Assembly: GCA_036229005.1 (NCBI GenBank) | Contig: JAZAMN010000029.1 | Location: 1-34,524, forward strand | Direction of reading: 5' to 3' | Source of the DNA: Myxococcota bacterium | Lineage (GTDB): Bacteria > Myxococcota_A > UBA796 > CAJQPC01 | DNA length: 34,524 bases | Part shown: one piece after another, positions 34,439 to 34,524 of the stretch | How the letters are laid out: each line of letters opens with the position of its first letter | Numbering within the stretch: position 1 is the stretch's first letter | Notes under the pieces: model-generated | The model's input: only the letters and a program-made list of their open reading frames with translations | What the model was told of the DNA's origin: nothing | Databases searched by the model: none | Program-made: the position numbers and the translations under genes

Positions 34439-34510
34439 GGAGGCGCGGAGCTCGATGAAGCGCTGGTCCCGAGCAATCGAGACCGTGAGTGAGCTTGAGC
34501 CCGCGCCTCC
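34439..34510. other. Long GC-rich stem-loop
   Basis: GGAGGCGCGG (34439-48) pairs perfectly with CCGCGCCTCC (34501-10). The stem extends past a bulged A via GCTCGA/TTGAGC. Confidence 0.6.
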
Positions 34511-34524
34511 TTTCGGTCACGCCC

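Noticed and set aside
34215..34520. 101-aa ORF at the right edge
   Set aside because: No recognisable motif, and it runs through repeats with a 31-bp period, which is not a multiple of three.

Overview
A very GC-rich bacterial chromosomal segment. Its gene content (FecR-TPR anti-sigma, MopE/FG-GAP lipoproteins, sigma54 promoter) suggests Myxococcota or a related deltaproteobacterial lineage; this is inference. Left to right it holds: the 3' end and probable right end of an IS110-family element; gpx, a SAM methyltransferase and a DTW-domain gene; a five-gene translationally coupled ECF-sigma/FecR operon with no TonB receptor; a class V aminotransferase-plsY pair; a MopE/FG-GAP lipoprotein; sfsA; two tandem purple-acid-phosphatase-like lipoproteins; a secreted protein + DUF4105 (Lnb-like) beta-barrel + sulfotransferase unit; rlmD with an RDDRRGPR-repeat extension; an orphan fliA preceded by a sigma54 promoter and followed by a FlgM-like ORF; an MMPL transporter and a TPR gene; an SMI1/KNR4-like gene; a lower-GC islet with two RCC1-like lipoproteins; a minus-strand DUF4261-larB-larC-pseudo-receiver/PAS-DUF2225-like run; and a lower-GC orphan gene next to a non-coding region with phased 22-bp repeats and hairpins. 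No rRNA, tRNA or CRISPR array was seen. The best candidates for undescribed biology are the DUF4105 unit, the sigma54-FliA-FlgM-like module outside a flagellar cluster, and the ultra-short signal peptides lacking a basic n-region found throughout the window. All family calls come from motif recognition by eye; no database search was run.
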